Positions 29,391 to 38,104 of a DNA stretch of 64,000 nucleotides are shown one piece after another. The DNA comes from a virus, in the IMG/VR virus record IMGVR_UViG_3300049215_000686, positions 32,001-96,000 of that record. The stretch is one strand, 5' to 3'. Numbering within the stretch: the stretch's first letter is position 1; every line of letters starts with the position of its first letter. The notes beneath the pieces are model-generated. The model saw only the letters and a list, made by a program, of their open reading frames with translations. It was not told the DNA's origin and searched no databases. A program made the translations under genes and the position numbers.

Positions 29391-29404
29391 CGCTGTTTCT
29401 CCTT

Positions 29405-29848
29405 TTAGGGTTTAAAAAACCTTAAATGTCCGGGCAATACCTGTCTTGTGTCTAAATGCACCCAGTTCGCCCCGAATCCATTATCTTCCATCCTTAGATC
29501 CCATTCATTCAGTTTGCCGTTTTGAAAGATCGCCTTTTTCACTTCATCGCAAGAAATGCCTTGAATATGAAAATCGACTGCGGCAACCCCTGGTTCTAAA
29601 GCCATATGAGAAGAATTAGCCGCCCCCTTAACAAGTTCGTTGTATTTTTGGGGGCGATAGGCCACATGGACCAAAATAGGATGACCAAAATACTCCCGAA
29701 CCTTATCCATCTTTGAAAAGACAGATTTTAAGTTAGATAAAACCGAATCGGTAAGGCCATCAGAGGCTTCAGCATGTCTTCCCCAAGAAGGAAGCCATAA
29801 GGCCTCATGAACCGTAAAATAAGAAGAAATTAGAGAAGAGTAATCCAT
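29405..29848 (-). CDS. peptidase M15-family endolysin-like protein
   Basis: YRP..YN..V.GA.NSSHM...AVDF...WVHLD zinc-peptidase motifs. Confidence 0.8.
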   Translation of the reverse strand: MDYSSLISSYFTVHEALWLPSWGRHAEASDGLTDSVLSNLKSVFSKMDKVREYFGHPILVHVAYRPQKYNELVKGAANSSHMALEPGVAAVDFHIQGISCDEVKKAIFQNGKLNEWDLRMEDNGFGANWVHLDTRQVLPGHLRFFKP

Positions 29849-30351
29849 TAAGCGTCATCCCACTCCCGCTTAGTCCCAGGAGCGTTCCAATAAGAACAGC
29901 ACATTTTCTCAACCCCATCTTTGAGGCGCTGATTGACTTCTGGATGCTTACAAAAAGAATTTAAGATATCGACAAAATGGCAATTAGAACATTTCACGCC
30001 GTCTTTGACACTGGGCGGGAAAGTTACCAAATCAGCCTTTTCAGCACGCTTCAAATCCTCTTTTTCGGATTTTAAAAGCCCTGACTCTTTCATCGATTCC
30101 GCCAATTGTCTTAGTTTTTCAGGATCCGTGGCTTCTAACATCTCAGCCGCCGCCTTAAAGCGCTCCATGCGATTATCGATCAGTGTCAATTTCTCAAGAA
30201 TATGAAGGGGTAAAGGGCTGGTTTTCGGATTAAGAATCTGAATGAGTTGGGAGAGCATTGCGGTCAGTTCGGGATCATCGACCAGATCTTCCGCAGAAAC
30301 CGATCCCACAACCCGAGCAAGCAAATCTAATAGTTCCTGGTCCTTAAGCAT
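29848..30351 (-). CDS. hypothetical protein with C-terminal Cys cluster (HiPIP-like pattern)
   Basis: KCSNCHF...FC...CCSYW. Confidence 0.6.
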   Translation of the reverse strand: MLKDQELLDLLARVVGSVSAEDLVDDPELTAMLSQLIQILNPKTSPLPLHILEKLTLIDNRMERFKAAAEMLEATDPEKLRQLAESMKESGLLKSEKEDLKRAEKADLVTFPPSVKDGVKCSNCHFVDILNSFCKHPEVNQRLKDGVEKMCCSYWNAPGTKREWDDA

Positions 30352-30363
30352 GTTCTCATCGTA

Positions 30364-32367
30364 CTATGCCGTTTCTAGGCGACTTTCTTCGGCTTCATAA
30401 ACAACCCGAATCACCTTTGAAAACATAGCCTTAAACTCGCTGGAGTGATCAATCACCAAAACCGGGCGAGTCTTAGAAACTTCCTCCAAAAGAGCCATGG
30501 CTTCAGTTTTACCTACCACATCAAGGCCACCCAAAACTTCATCTAAGAGGAGAGGAAGCCCTTCACCCGCTGCCTCGGCGATGGCAATGTCATAAGCCAA
30601 AGCGGCCCGCTCCTCCATCCCGCCAGAAAGATCATCTAAAGGCACTTCGGAACCATTTTTCACCATAATCGGCTTTAGAATGAGTTTTTGATTGCCCTTA
30701 GAGTCTTGCGAGAGTTGCTCTAGATGAGTGGAATAAACGCTATCGGTCATAATGCCCAAAAGTTGCCCAGCCCGATCGCTGATCCTTTCAATCAGACCAT
30801 CAAAGCAGACCGCACGATATCCCTTTGAACCAAAGATATCGACCAGATCCAAAGATTCGTTAAGATCCAGTTTTGTTAAATTGAGTCCTGATTGAGCCTT
30901 TTTAAGTTCCCCGTCGAGTTTGGAGAATTGAATTTCTAATTGGTTATATACTTCACAATTTGAATGAAGCGCACGTTCCAAATGAGAAAGTTCCGTATAG
31001 GCCTTCTCGACTTCATGTTGAAGAACCATTTGCTGATCTTTGTATTTCCTTAAAATAGAATCCTTAAGTGCTTGAGCGTCTTTTTTGAGAGACCTTTCCT
31101 CAGATTTCTTCTGTTCCATTTTTAATCGCAATTGATCCAGTTCCAGTTTCATCTGATGAGGAGGAGCCTCAGCCGCCGATTTCGCCAAATAAAGTCGCTG
31201 AACTGCTTCTTCCTGCTCTTTCTCAAGAGCAAAAATATCGGGAACCTCCCCTAGCCGACCAATTGTTTCTAAAATAGAGTCCGCCAAAGATTCATACTTC
31301 AGCGTTTCTTCTTCCCTGGCTTCTTCAGGAAGAAGTTGTTTGCATTGCGAACAAGAACCCTGAGCAGACGAATGGGCTAGGTTTTTAGCGTTTTGATAAT
31401 CCCATTTTAGCCGCTCGATCCTGTTTTTTAATTGAAGAGCATCTGACAGTCTCTTTTTTAGATCTTGAACGGTAGCCTCCGCCAAAACCGTATTCTGATC
31501 CTTTTTTGGAACTGGATCGATTTTCTTTTGTTGAAGATCAATCTCGCCCTGAAGCACCTGAATCTGAAACCCCACATCAGCGATTTGCTCAATTAAAGGA
31601 TCGATTGCCTCGTGGACTTCTTCTTCAGATTTCTTCTTAGAATCAAAAATAAATTCATCAAGCCGCATTTCCATCCGAAACGCTTTTTCTTTTGCAAGAG
31701 AATGTTTTTTTTCGGCCTCTTTTCGATTTAAATCGGCCTTTGCCAATTGAGCCGGAAGGTCATGTAATTGGGTTTCATAAATTTCTATTTTAGTTTTGAA
31801 GGATTCAATCTTTTCTTCCGCTTCTTTTTTTAATTCTTTAGCCTTCTCAGCAGCCCGATCGAGTTCTTCAAGCCCTACCACAATTGACATCAAATCCATT
31901 CGCTCATTATCACTCATCCAATAAAAGGAGCGCGTCCGACGCTGGGGCATGTAAACACAAACTAAAAATCGCTCCGCACTCATGCCAAGCAAAATTTCAA
32001 GTCCCTTTTGATCCATTCCCTTTTGTTCAATTCCATTTTTCCAAACCGTCAATCGATTGGGCCGTTGTCGCTCGATCGAAATCTCATCCGGTCCGAATCT
32101 TTCGGTAATCTTGACCCGAGTTGCGCCGGCTGGTTGATTGTATTTTCGTCGGATTACCGCGTCTGACTGACCGCCTTTAGGCCCCTTCCACCTTGGGAGC
32201 CATCCATACCGGCACCAAAACCAGCAATCCAAAAGAGAACTTTTGCCGCAAGCATTACTTCCTCCAGTATCTTTATTAAAGCCATCAATCAAAGTGAGAC
32301 CTTCAGGAAGTTCCCAATCAATCTTTGGAAATGACCGAAAATTCTCGGCCTCGATTCTAAGGCTCAT
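30364..32367 (-). CDS. sbcC: SbcC/Rad50-like ATPase
   Basis: Walker A GSNACGKSS, coiled coil with CSQC zinc hook, LSGG signature, LLLDE. Confidence 0.9.
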   Translation of the reverse strand: MSLRIEAENFRSFPKIDWELPEGLTLIDGFNKDTGGSNACGKSSLLDCWFWCRYGWLPRWKGPKGGQSDAVIRRKYNQPAGATRVKITERFGPDEISIERQRPNRLTVWKNGIEQKGMDQKGLEILLGMSAERFLVCVYMPQRRTRSFYWMSDNERMDLMSIVVGLEELDRAAEKAKELKKEAEEKIESFKTKIEIYETQLHDLPAQLAKADLNRKEAEKKHSLAKEKAFRMEMRLDEFIFDSKKKSEEEVHEAIDPLIEQIADVGFQIQVLQGEIDLQQKKIDPVPKKDQNTVLAEATVQDLKKRLSDALQLKNRIERLKWDYQNAKNLAHSSAQGSCSQCKQLLPEEAREEETLKYESLADSILETIGRLGEVPDIFALEKEQEEAVQRLYLAKSAAEAPPHQMKLELDQLRLKMEQKKSEERSLKKDAQALKDSILRKYKDQQMVLQHEVEKAYTELSHLERALHSNCEVYNQLEIQFSKLDGELKKAQSGLNLTKLDLNESLDLVDIFGSKGYRAVCFDGLIERISDRAGQLLGIMTDSVYSTHLEQLSQDSKGNQKLILKPIMVKNGSEVPLDDLSGGMEERAALAYDIAIAEAAGEGLPLLLDEVLGGLDVVGKTEAMALLEEVSKTRPVLVIDHSSEFKAMFSKVIRVVYEAEESRLETA

Positions 32368-33710
32368 TTTTGTTCCACCGGAATTTGAATTTGTCGATTC
32401 TTATCGTCATTTGCAAAAAGGTGGGTCGCACATCGATCATAAGAACTCACGCACTGAACAGCGACCGGACAATGGCCGTTTCTGACCTTATCCAAAAGAA
32501 AAACGATTCGGTTCTCTTCCACATCCGATTCCGAGCGGTTCATAGTAATGACGTTGCTTGATTTTTTTACCGTCCCCCAAGAATCGCCAACATCTGTACA
32601 GCGTAAAAGATCCGCCCCCGAGCGATTCATTTTGTGGGCAAGGCGATTTACTTGAGCACCGCCCGCTCCTGCAACATTCAGTTCACAGCAAAGTTGTTTC
32701 AATTCCCCGGTGACATGCTCATGAAGGCTATAAAGGCTGTCCATCGTCTTAAAGGCTTTGGTCTTGAGACATTGAAGATAGTCATCGATCAGCAAGTGAT
32801 ATTCCCATTGATCCAACATTCTTCGGGCTTGATCACAAACACTTTCAACGAAGGCCTCCTTGCCGTACATAAACCGTAAAATAACGTACTCTTTGATCAG
32901 TTCATCCGCCTCTTTGATCTTTTTATTATCCTCTTCCGATCGCATCGATTTTGGCAGAACCAATCGATTATACGGAACTTCAGAAAAACATGAAAGGTAT
33001 CTCAGTTTTGTCGGGATCTCCTCGTCTTCATGAATCATGACAAAGGTTCGCTTTTTTTTGAGTAAACAAGCCGCTTTAGCCAAATTCGGACAAAGCATGG
33101 ATTTTCCGACGTTGGATCCCCCCAAAAAGGTCGTCCAGGTTTGGGGCATCATCCCACCTTGCATCGACTGATCAATAATGTGGATGCCAGTAGGGATCGT
33201 CTCTTTCGTTTGTAAGGCGGCTAATTCCAAAAGTCGATCAGCATCACCGAATCGAACCAAGCGGTCATTCTCAAAATCAGCGTCATGAAGTTCCGCGAGT
33301 TTGTTTCGGATAAAATCATAACAAGATTGCCGATTGCCCGAATTATAAAGATCCACACTTTCTTTAATCGAACTCACAAAGATGTTGGCCTGAATGAACG
33401 CGGTCAATTCCTTTTTCAAATAGTCTCGACCTATGCTTTCAGTCGCCAGGATCGAGTCCAACTCTTTTCGATAAAGGTCTTGCTGGTCCTTATGTTTAAG
33501 AATCTCGCCCGCTAATTCTTCTGACCCCGGCGAGCGGCCAAATTCCTTAAAGAAATCAGTCACTTTTCTATAAAACCACGACAATTCTCCGCTAAAAAAG
33601 TCATCTCGAAGGTAATTTGAAGCCTTAGAGCAAAATACCCGATCAGCAAGCATGGTCTTTATGACGCATCTCTGAAATTCAGGACCATGTCGAAGGGTGA
33701 TTGATGACAT
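32364..33710 (-). CDS. DnaB/gp41-like replicative helicase
   Basis: GGSNVGKS, IDDY, AQVNR, DKVRNG. Confidence 0.85.
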   Translation of the reverse strand: MSSITLRHGPEFQRCVIKTMLADRVFCSKASNYLRDDFFSGELSWFYRKVTDFFKEFGRSPGSEELAGEILKHKDQQDLYRKELDSILATESIGRDYLKKELTAFIQANIFVSSIKESVDLYNSGNRQSCYDFIRNKLAELHDADFENDRLVRFGDADRLLELAALQTKETIPTGIHIIDQSMQGGMMPQTWTTFLGGSNVGKSMLCPNLAKAACLLKKKRTFVMIHEDEEIPTKLRYLSCFSEVPYNRLVLPKSMRSEEDNKKIKEADELIKEYVILRFMYGKEAFVESVCDQARRMLDQWEYHLLIDDYLQCLKTKAFKTMDSLYSLHEHVTGELKQLCCELNVAGAGGAQVNRLAHKMNRSGADLLRCTDVGDSWGTVKKSSNVITMNRSESDVEENRIVFLLDKVRNGHCPVAVQCVSSYDRCATHLFANDDKNRQIQIPVEQK

Positions 33711-33823
33711 GAAAATGATCTCCTTTAATCAATATACGTTTATTGAATTTTGGCTTAAGCATCTAAATTGGTCTTGTTTTTTTGAATCAATTGACCTATA
33801 CAATCAACGAAAGAGGTATTTGA

Positions 33824-34165
33824 ATGAGTAAGCGTAAGAAGTGGACGCCCGAGGAAAAGGAGCAAATTCTTCAAAAGATTAAAGAATTAAAAGCCCAAAT
33901 GCCGCTGGTTAAGGCCTGCAAAGAAGCCGGGATCAATTACAATACTTATTTCACCTGGAACAATCCTCGCAACAAGAAGAAATACCGGAAGCGTAAGCCT
34001 GTAATGGTTACTTCTTTAGTGGCAACAGATCCCATACCTCAAAGCCCAGACTATTTCAGACAGTCCTTGGGCGAAAACCCCAATAAACCTACCACAAACC
34101 AAGTCGCAGAAATGCTTGCCGTAATGAATGCGCACGCTTTAAGGACGCTGCTTTCAGGAGAATAA
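33824..34165 (+). CDS. HTH DNA-binding protein (transposase-type HTH)
   Basis: RKKWTPEEK...ACKEAGINYNTYFTW; GAGG SD; upstream TACAAT. Confidence 0.7.
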   Translation: MSKRKKWTPEEKEQILQKIKELKAQMPLVKACKEAGINYNTYFTWNNPRNKKKYRKRKPVMVTSLVATDPIPQSPDYFRQSLGENPNKPTTNQVAEMLAVMNAHALRTLLSGE

Positions 34166-34168
34166 TCC

Positions 34169-34627
34169 ATGACTCAAACAGCAACCGAAAAAAAGAAAAA
34201 CAAAAACCAATTGATCTTTGACTTTTCTCTCGCTCGATCGCCCGAAAAGGTCGCAGATAAAAAAGTCCCTGTAGGAACTTATTTTCGGAAACAAACCTTT
34301 TTCAATATCGACTTCAGATTTCGTCATCGGGGCTTTAACGAAATTTCCCGTCAAGCAGGAATTAACCTCAAGGAACTTTCGCCAGGCAATGTGGTTGTTT
34401 TCTTAAATACAGCCCAAACCCAAATCATCATCGCCTTTAGCGACCAAGGAATGTACCATTGGAATAATGGTAAAAGAAAAATTGAACTTCGAGCCATTGA
34501 CGATATGATCATCCGCTTCAATCGAATCGGCAAAATGGCTTACGAAGATGGATTGGCTGATTTCTTAATTAAGCGCGGACATGGCGTTGAAGACGAAAAA
34601 GTAAAAAAGAATTCGAAACTCAATTAA
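34169..34627 (+). CDS. IS66 accessory TnpB(Orf2)-like protein
   Basis: IDFRFRHRGF...PGNVVVFLN...I resembles the DMRK..DGL...G.LFVF.N motif. Confidence 0.5.
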   Translation: MTQTATEKKKNKNQLIFDFSLARSPEKVADKKVPVGTYFRKQTFFNIDFRFRHRGFNEISRQAGINLKELSPGNVVVFLNTAQTQIIIAFSDQGMYHWNNGKRKIELRAIDDMIIRFNRIGKMAYEDGLADFLIKRGHGVEDEKVKKNSKLN

Positions 34628-34899
34628 GGCTTTTTGTTCTTAATGATGTTTTCAATATCGCCCTCGGATGACTGCCCATCCTGTCCGACAGTCTTATTTT
34701 GATCATCAATTTGAGATTGGGTATCAGTTCGGTCTTGCTGGGTGGCCGTGTTAGCGGCAGCGTCTTTTTCGCCTTTGATCCAGCGCATAAAGAAAAACGC
34801 TCCGATCCCAATCCCCAATCCAAAAACAAGTTTTAGGATGATTGTTACCAAATCACCCCCAAAAACGTTGCTCAAGATATTCAATAAATCCATGACCAT
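34624..34899 (-). CDS. single-TM protein (spanin/holin-like candidate)
   Basis: N-terminal TM followed by polar tail. Confidence 0.55.
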   Translation of the reverse strand: MVMDLLNILSNVFGGDLVTIILKLVFGLGIGIGAFFFMRWIKGEKDAAANTATQQDRTDTQSQIDDQNKTVGQDGQSSEGDIENIIKNKKP

Positions 34900-35867
34900 T
34901 TTCCTTTAACGGGATCATATTCACCGATGACAGATCGCCCATGGATAGTTAAAAGCCGCAAAACGTGGAATCGAGCGGGATCAAAATCAAAAATTGCTTC
35001 ACGATCAATTTTAAAATCAGAATCAAGCGCGATTACTGAAACATTCTCATCGCCTGAGATTTCAATTTTTGAATCTTTTTGGACGATTGCCGGAATGGGT
35101 AAAGGGAGAAATTTCGTATCGTAGCCATCAATGAACCAACTGATTCTAAGCGGTCCAGAAGGTAAAAAAGCAACCCCATTGAGAACACAGGTCTTCACTC
35201 CCACTTCATCTATAAATTTATTGAGCGGAATATTTAAAATACCATTTTCAACGGGAAGGTTTACCGGATTTGGCTGAACTCCACAAAGGGAACTTTCAAA
35301 AGCCACTTGAACCTGAGAAGCGTCTCCTACGTCCGGAATCACCGCAATTTGAGTTGGATTTTTACCAGCGGCCACCTTATCGGCGAATCCCATAAAAGAC
35401 TGTCCAGCGTTAAGAACTCGAATCCACAAATGTCCAACAAACGAATGAATAACGAGCCCGCTCGAATCTTCCTCAGGAAACTCGGGAGAAACAACAAAAC
35501 TAATAAGACAACTTTGAGAAGCCTTGCCCGCCAAATAATAGGGAACCAAATTGTTGCTTAAATAACGCACGGAATCAGGCAAGGGATTATCCAGTCGGCA
35601 ATTCGTCGAAACGCGAATTGTGCCTTGGTAATATCCTTGAATTGCAAATCCCACATTATCAAGATCTTGCTCGGTTAAAACCGGACAAATCCCGATCCCG
35701 TGGAAACGCTTCCCACAAGCAGAAAATTCAGCAGAATGGTAATTGGCTTGAGTAGAGGGAATCACGGAATCATTTCTGATCTGATTCCCTCCACAAGAAC
35801 TGAGAAAAAGACTTAAGAAGAGGAACCAGAAGCCGGAGGTGCAGGCGGGGCGGGAGGATTTTGCCAT
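34881..35867 (-). CDS. lipoprotein
   Basis: FWFLFLSLFLSS-C lipobox. Confidence 0.65.
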   Translation of the reverse strand: MAKSSRPACTSGFWFLFLSLFLSSCGGNQIRNDSVIPSTQANYHSAEFSACGKRFHGIGICPVLTEQDLDNVGFAIQGYYQGTIRVSTNCRLDNPLPDSVRYLSNNLVPYYLAGKASQSCLISFVVSPEFPEEDSSGLVIHSFVGHLWIRVLNAGQSFMGFADKVAAGKNPTQIAVIPDVGDASQVQVAFESSLCGVQPNPVNLPVENGILNIPLNKFIDEVGVKTCVLNGVAFLPSGPLRISWFIDGYDTKFLPLPIPAIVQKDSKIEISGDENVSVIALDSDFKIDREAIFDFDPARFHVLRLLTIHGRSVIGEYDPVKGKWSWIY

Positions 35868-36190
35868 CCAGAAATTGCTCCTTTAATTGCTGACACAGCA
35901 CGCATCATATAATCCATCACCTTAAGCATCGTTGCGGAAAGTGGGATATTCGCATGAGGGAATACTTCAAGAACAGGCAACACGTAAGTCTGCCAAACAG
36001 TTACAATTTTTGCCGCAAGTTCATCATCAGTCTTTGACGCGGTGAGCGAAACAATAAATTGTAAGAGTTCAATGAGGATCGTCATTACAGGAACAAATGC
36101 GATCCCGTAAGCGCCAATAATGCCCAAAATACCGAATTTTGCACCCAGCATGGCAAGAAGTGGCTGAAGAATAGAAGAAATAATGTCCAT
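35813..36190 (-). CDS. holin-like membrane protein
   Basis: AAGGAGG SD; hydrophobic helices; LT.SKTDD motif. Confidence 0.55.
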   Translation of the reverse strand: MDIISSILQPLLAMLGAKFGILGIIGAYGIAFVPVMTILIELLQFIVSLTASKTDDELAAKIVTVWQTYVLPVLEVFPHANIPLSATMLKVMDYMMRAVSAIKGAISGWQNPPAPPAPPASGSSS

Positions 36191-36247
36191 AAAAACCTCC
36201 TTAATGGAATGAACCCATTATCGAAGGCAAAAGGCAGATTGAGATTT

Positions 36248-36323
36248 TGGAGCCGCTGGACCGACTTGAACGGTCATCACAATCGTACCGGGATTGTGTT
36301 TTTACCAGTTAAACTACAGCGGC
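36248..36323 (-). tRNA. tRNA-Thr(GGT), C at position 33
   Basis: GCCGCTG/CAGCGGC-T-CCA; CAATC-CCGGTAC-GATTG. Confidence 0.85.
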
Positions 36324-36324
36324 A

Positions 36325-36410
36325 TGGAGCCGATAGGATGATTCGAACATCCGTGGGATCTCTCCGCTCGTTTACAAAACGAGTGCAATCGTCCTCTATG
36401 CGATATCGGC
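36325..36410 (-). tRNA. tRNA-Thr(TGT) with long variable arm
   Basis: GCCGATA/TATCGGC-T-CCA; CTCGT-TTTGTAA-ACGAG; 14-nt V region. Confidence 0.85.
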
Positions 36411-36427
36411 AATAACATCGGCGAATT

Positions 36428-36501
36428 TGGAGCCTCGTGGCTGAATCGAACAGCCGATTGCTGAATACGAATCAGCAGTTATACCGTTTAACTAACGAGG
36501 C
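36428..36501 (-). tRNA. tRNA-Thr(CGT)
   Basis: GCCTCGT/ACGAGGC-T-CCA; GCTGA-TTCGTAT-TCAGC. Confidence 0.9.
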
Positions 36502-36516
36502 AAAGATCAGCAAATT

Positions 36517-36591
36517 TGGTGCGCGAGCCGGGAATTGAACCCGAATCTCATGACTGGCAGTCACGCATCATAGCCTTTAGACCACTCACGC
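36517..36591 (-). tRNA. tRNA-Gly(GCC)
   Basis: CGTGA-CTGCCAG-TCATG; encoded CCA. Confidence 0.88.
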
Positions 36592-36593
36592 AT

Positions 36594-36668
36594 TGGACCG
36601 GGTAGCGGGAATCGAACCCGCGAATCGACGTTGGAAGCGTCGCGTGTTACCACTAGCACTACACCCGG
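36594..36668 (-). tRNA. tRNA-Gly(TCC)
   Basis: CGACG-CTTCCAA-CGTCG; U73, CCA; C1:G72. Confidence 0.9.
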
Positions 36669-36727
36669 AAAGAAAACTATCTTTTACAAAATCCCCCATT
36701 TTGGATAAAATAGTTTCCATTTTTAAA

Positions 36728-36808
36728 TGGCGGGGTACACGGAAGTCGAATCCGTCTGATCTCTCGCGTGACAGGCGAGTGGCCACTCCCATCGCAGCCC
36801 CGTACCCC
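36728..36808 (-). tRNA. tRNA-Asp(GTC)
   Basis: GGGGTAC/GTACCCC-G-CCA; CTCGC-CTGTCAC-GCGAG. Confidence 0.88.
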
Positions 36809-36848
36809 AAAAACAAAAACCCCAGGAACCTTTCGGCACCTGGGGTTT
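36809..36848 (-). terminator. attenuator terminator of the Asp/Gly/Thr tRNA operon
   Basis: AAACCCCAGG-TGCCGAAAGGTT-CCTGGGGTTT-TTGTTTTT, ending immediately before tRNA-Asp. Confidence 0.85.
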
Positions 36849-36874
36849 GGAAACTTTTTGTTATTAAGCAAAAG

Positions 36875-36952
36875 TTACACAATCACCCCAGGAAGATTTG
36901 TATCTCCGTCCGTACCGGTTCCAGTGATGGTGTTTGTAATGAATTTGCTCAT
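36875..36952 (-). CDS. leader peptide MSKFITNTITGTGTDGDTNLPGVIV (Thr/Gly/Asp-rich)
   Basis: Translated by hand; 6 Thr, 4 Gly, 2 Asp; 3' CCTGGGGT is complementary to the terminator 5' arm. Confidence 0.8.
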   Translation of the reverse strand: MSKFITNTITGTGTDGDTNLPGVIV

Positions 36953-36958
36953 ATGTTT

Positions 36959-36987
36959 ATAATACCAAAATGAGTTCAGACCCACAA
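36959..36987 (-). promoter_or_regulatory. sigma70-like promoter for leader 2
   Basis: TTGTGG-17 nt-TATTAT with TGn extension, 6 nt before the leader ATG. Confidence 0.6.
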
Positions 36988-37002
36988 CGGTATAGTACAG
37001 AT

Positions 37003-37194
37003 ATGCCTGACATTACCATGTGCGACAATGAAAAATGTGCGCTGCGGCAAGACTGTTACCGCTTTACGGCTCAGCCTTCTCGATTTCAGTCTTATGCCCA
37101 TTTTGAGCCCCTAGACGAAACATGTTGCGATCATTTCTGGTGCAACAGTTCAGAAAAATTGGCACCGGACACAGGAGTCGAACCCGTTTCTTGA
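37003..37194 (+). CDS. small Cys-rich conserved phage protein
   Basis: MPDITMC...C.LR..CYRFTA.....QSY......C..FW pattern; TATAGT 6 nt upstream. Confidence 0.6.
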   Translation: MPDITMCDNEKCALRQDCYRFTAQPSRFQSYAHFEPLDETCCDHFWCNSSEKLAPDTGVEPVS

Positions 37195-37230
37195 ATTTTG
37201 GAGGTTCAATTGCGCCCCGCGCTATCCGGT
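37160..37230 (-). tRNA. tRNA-Trp(CCA), short D loop
   Basis: ACCGGAT/GTCCGGT-G-CCA; loop CTCCAAA; D arm GCGC-GGG-GCGC. Confidence 0.75.
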
Positions 37231-37280
37231 GTCTTATCCCTTATAGGTAATAAACTGGCTTTATAACCTATGGGTAATAA

Positions 37281-37358
37281 TGGTGCCGCAGATCCGAATC
37301 GAACGGATATTATGTCTGATCTTCAGTCAGATGCCATGACCACGTAGGCGACTGCGGC
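37281..37358 (-). tRNA. tRNA-Phe(GAA)
   Basis: GCCGCAG/CTGCGGC-A-CCA; TCTGA-CTGAAGA-TCAGA. Confidence 0.9.
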
Positions 37359-37363
37359 AAATT

Positions 37364-37439
37364 TGGTGGACCGACCCGGACTTGAACCGGGAATCCCTCG
37401 GTGCAAGCGAGGAGTTTTACCAATTAACACTATCAGCCC
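37364..37439 (-). tRNA. tRNA-Ala(TGC)
   Basis: G3:U70; CCTCG-CTTGCAC-CGAGG. Confidence 0.92.
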
Positions 37440-37444
37440 AATTT

Positions 37445-37530
37445 TGGTCGGAGGAGCAGGACTCGAACCTGCGAAGCCCAAAGACGCGTGATTTACAGTC
37501 ACGTGGGTTAGCCGCTCCCACCATCCTCCG
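37445..37530 (-). tRNA. tRNA-Tyr(GTA) with C1:G72 and long V arm
   Basis: CGGAGGA/TCCTCCG-A-CCA; CGTGA-CTGTAAA-TCACG. Confidence 0.9.
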
Positions 37531-37735
37531 AAATTTTCACATCAACTCCGAGTTCAAACCATCCCTTCCAGTGTTCGCCATTCCAAGTTTTTCTCTCAGA
37601 CTGAAATAGCCGCTTATTATCCCGAGATCTTCCTCCAAAAATCAAGAACATGTATTCTCCGTGTTCATGAATCCGGTTTTTGGCTCGATGGCTAATTGGG
37701 ATGAGTTTGACTTTGATACCTTTGTCCATTTCCAT
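37508..37735 (-). CDS. hypothetical protein
   Basis: 75 aa; stop lies inside the tRNA-Tyr 5' end. Confidence 0.5.
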   Translation of the reverse strand: MEMDKGIKVKLIPISHRAKNRIHEHGEYMFLIFGGRSRDNKRLFQSERKTWNGEHWKGWFELGVDVKISEDGGSG

Positions 37736-37914
37736 AAATCACTTTTCCGAATTGAAATCGCCTGCATCCGTCCTTGATAAACTCGTAAAGTCCGGTTCCA
37801 ATAACTCACGATCAAGGAAATCAGTTCGTCACTTTCTCCAAGAACTTTTTGAATTTCGAAATCAATATCGAGACAACTCATGTGTCGATAAAGATGGCCA
37901 GATTTAATTTTCAT
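37642..37914 (-). CDS. hypothetical protein
   Basis: 90 aa; G.LYRH..CLD motif. Confidence 0.5.
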   Translation of the reverse strand: MKIKSGHLYRHMSCLDIDFEIQKVLGESDELISLIVSYWNRTLRVYQGRMQAISIRKSDLWKWTKVSKSNSSQLAIEPKTGFMNTENTCS

Positions 37915-38104
37915 TTTTTGGCTTCCATCGCGTCTTTCGATACCGTTTCCAAGATCTCCGAGACCTAGACCATCCTCGCTTTGAATTTTCTCCTCGATTC
38001 GGCGGACAAATAGGGCATCGAAGTTTTACCCGCGAAGCCTTCTTATAAACCGCGCTATTGGTCGTTCCCGTTAATTCGTTATGATTTCGTCTTTTATCAC
38101 CCAT
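37904..38104 (-). CDS. small basic K/R-rich protein with CPICPP
   Basis: GGAGG SD inside an upstream hairpin. Confidence 0.55.
   Translation of the reverse strand: MGDKRRNHNELTGTTNSAVYKKASRVKLRCPICPPNRGENSKRGWSRSRRSWKRYRKTRWKPKNEN

Noticed and set aside
36325-36410. Reading the long-V-arm tRNA as Tyr(GTA)
   Set aside because: The symmetric 5-bp stem centres TGT, the acceptor stem matches the neighbouring Thr tRNAs, and a separate tRNA-Tyr exists
36669-37280. Imperfect AT-rich hairpins in tRNA spacers (36669-36727, 37231-37280)
   Set aside because: No U tract or recognisable RNA family; probably processing spacers
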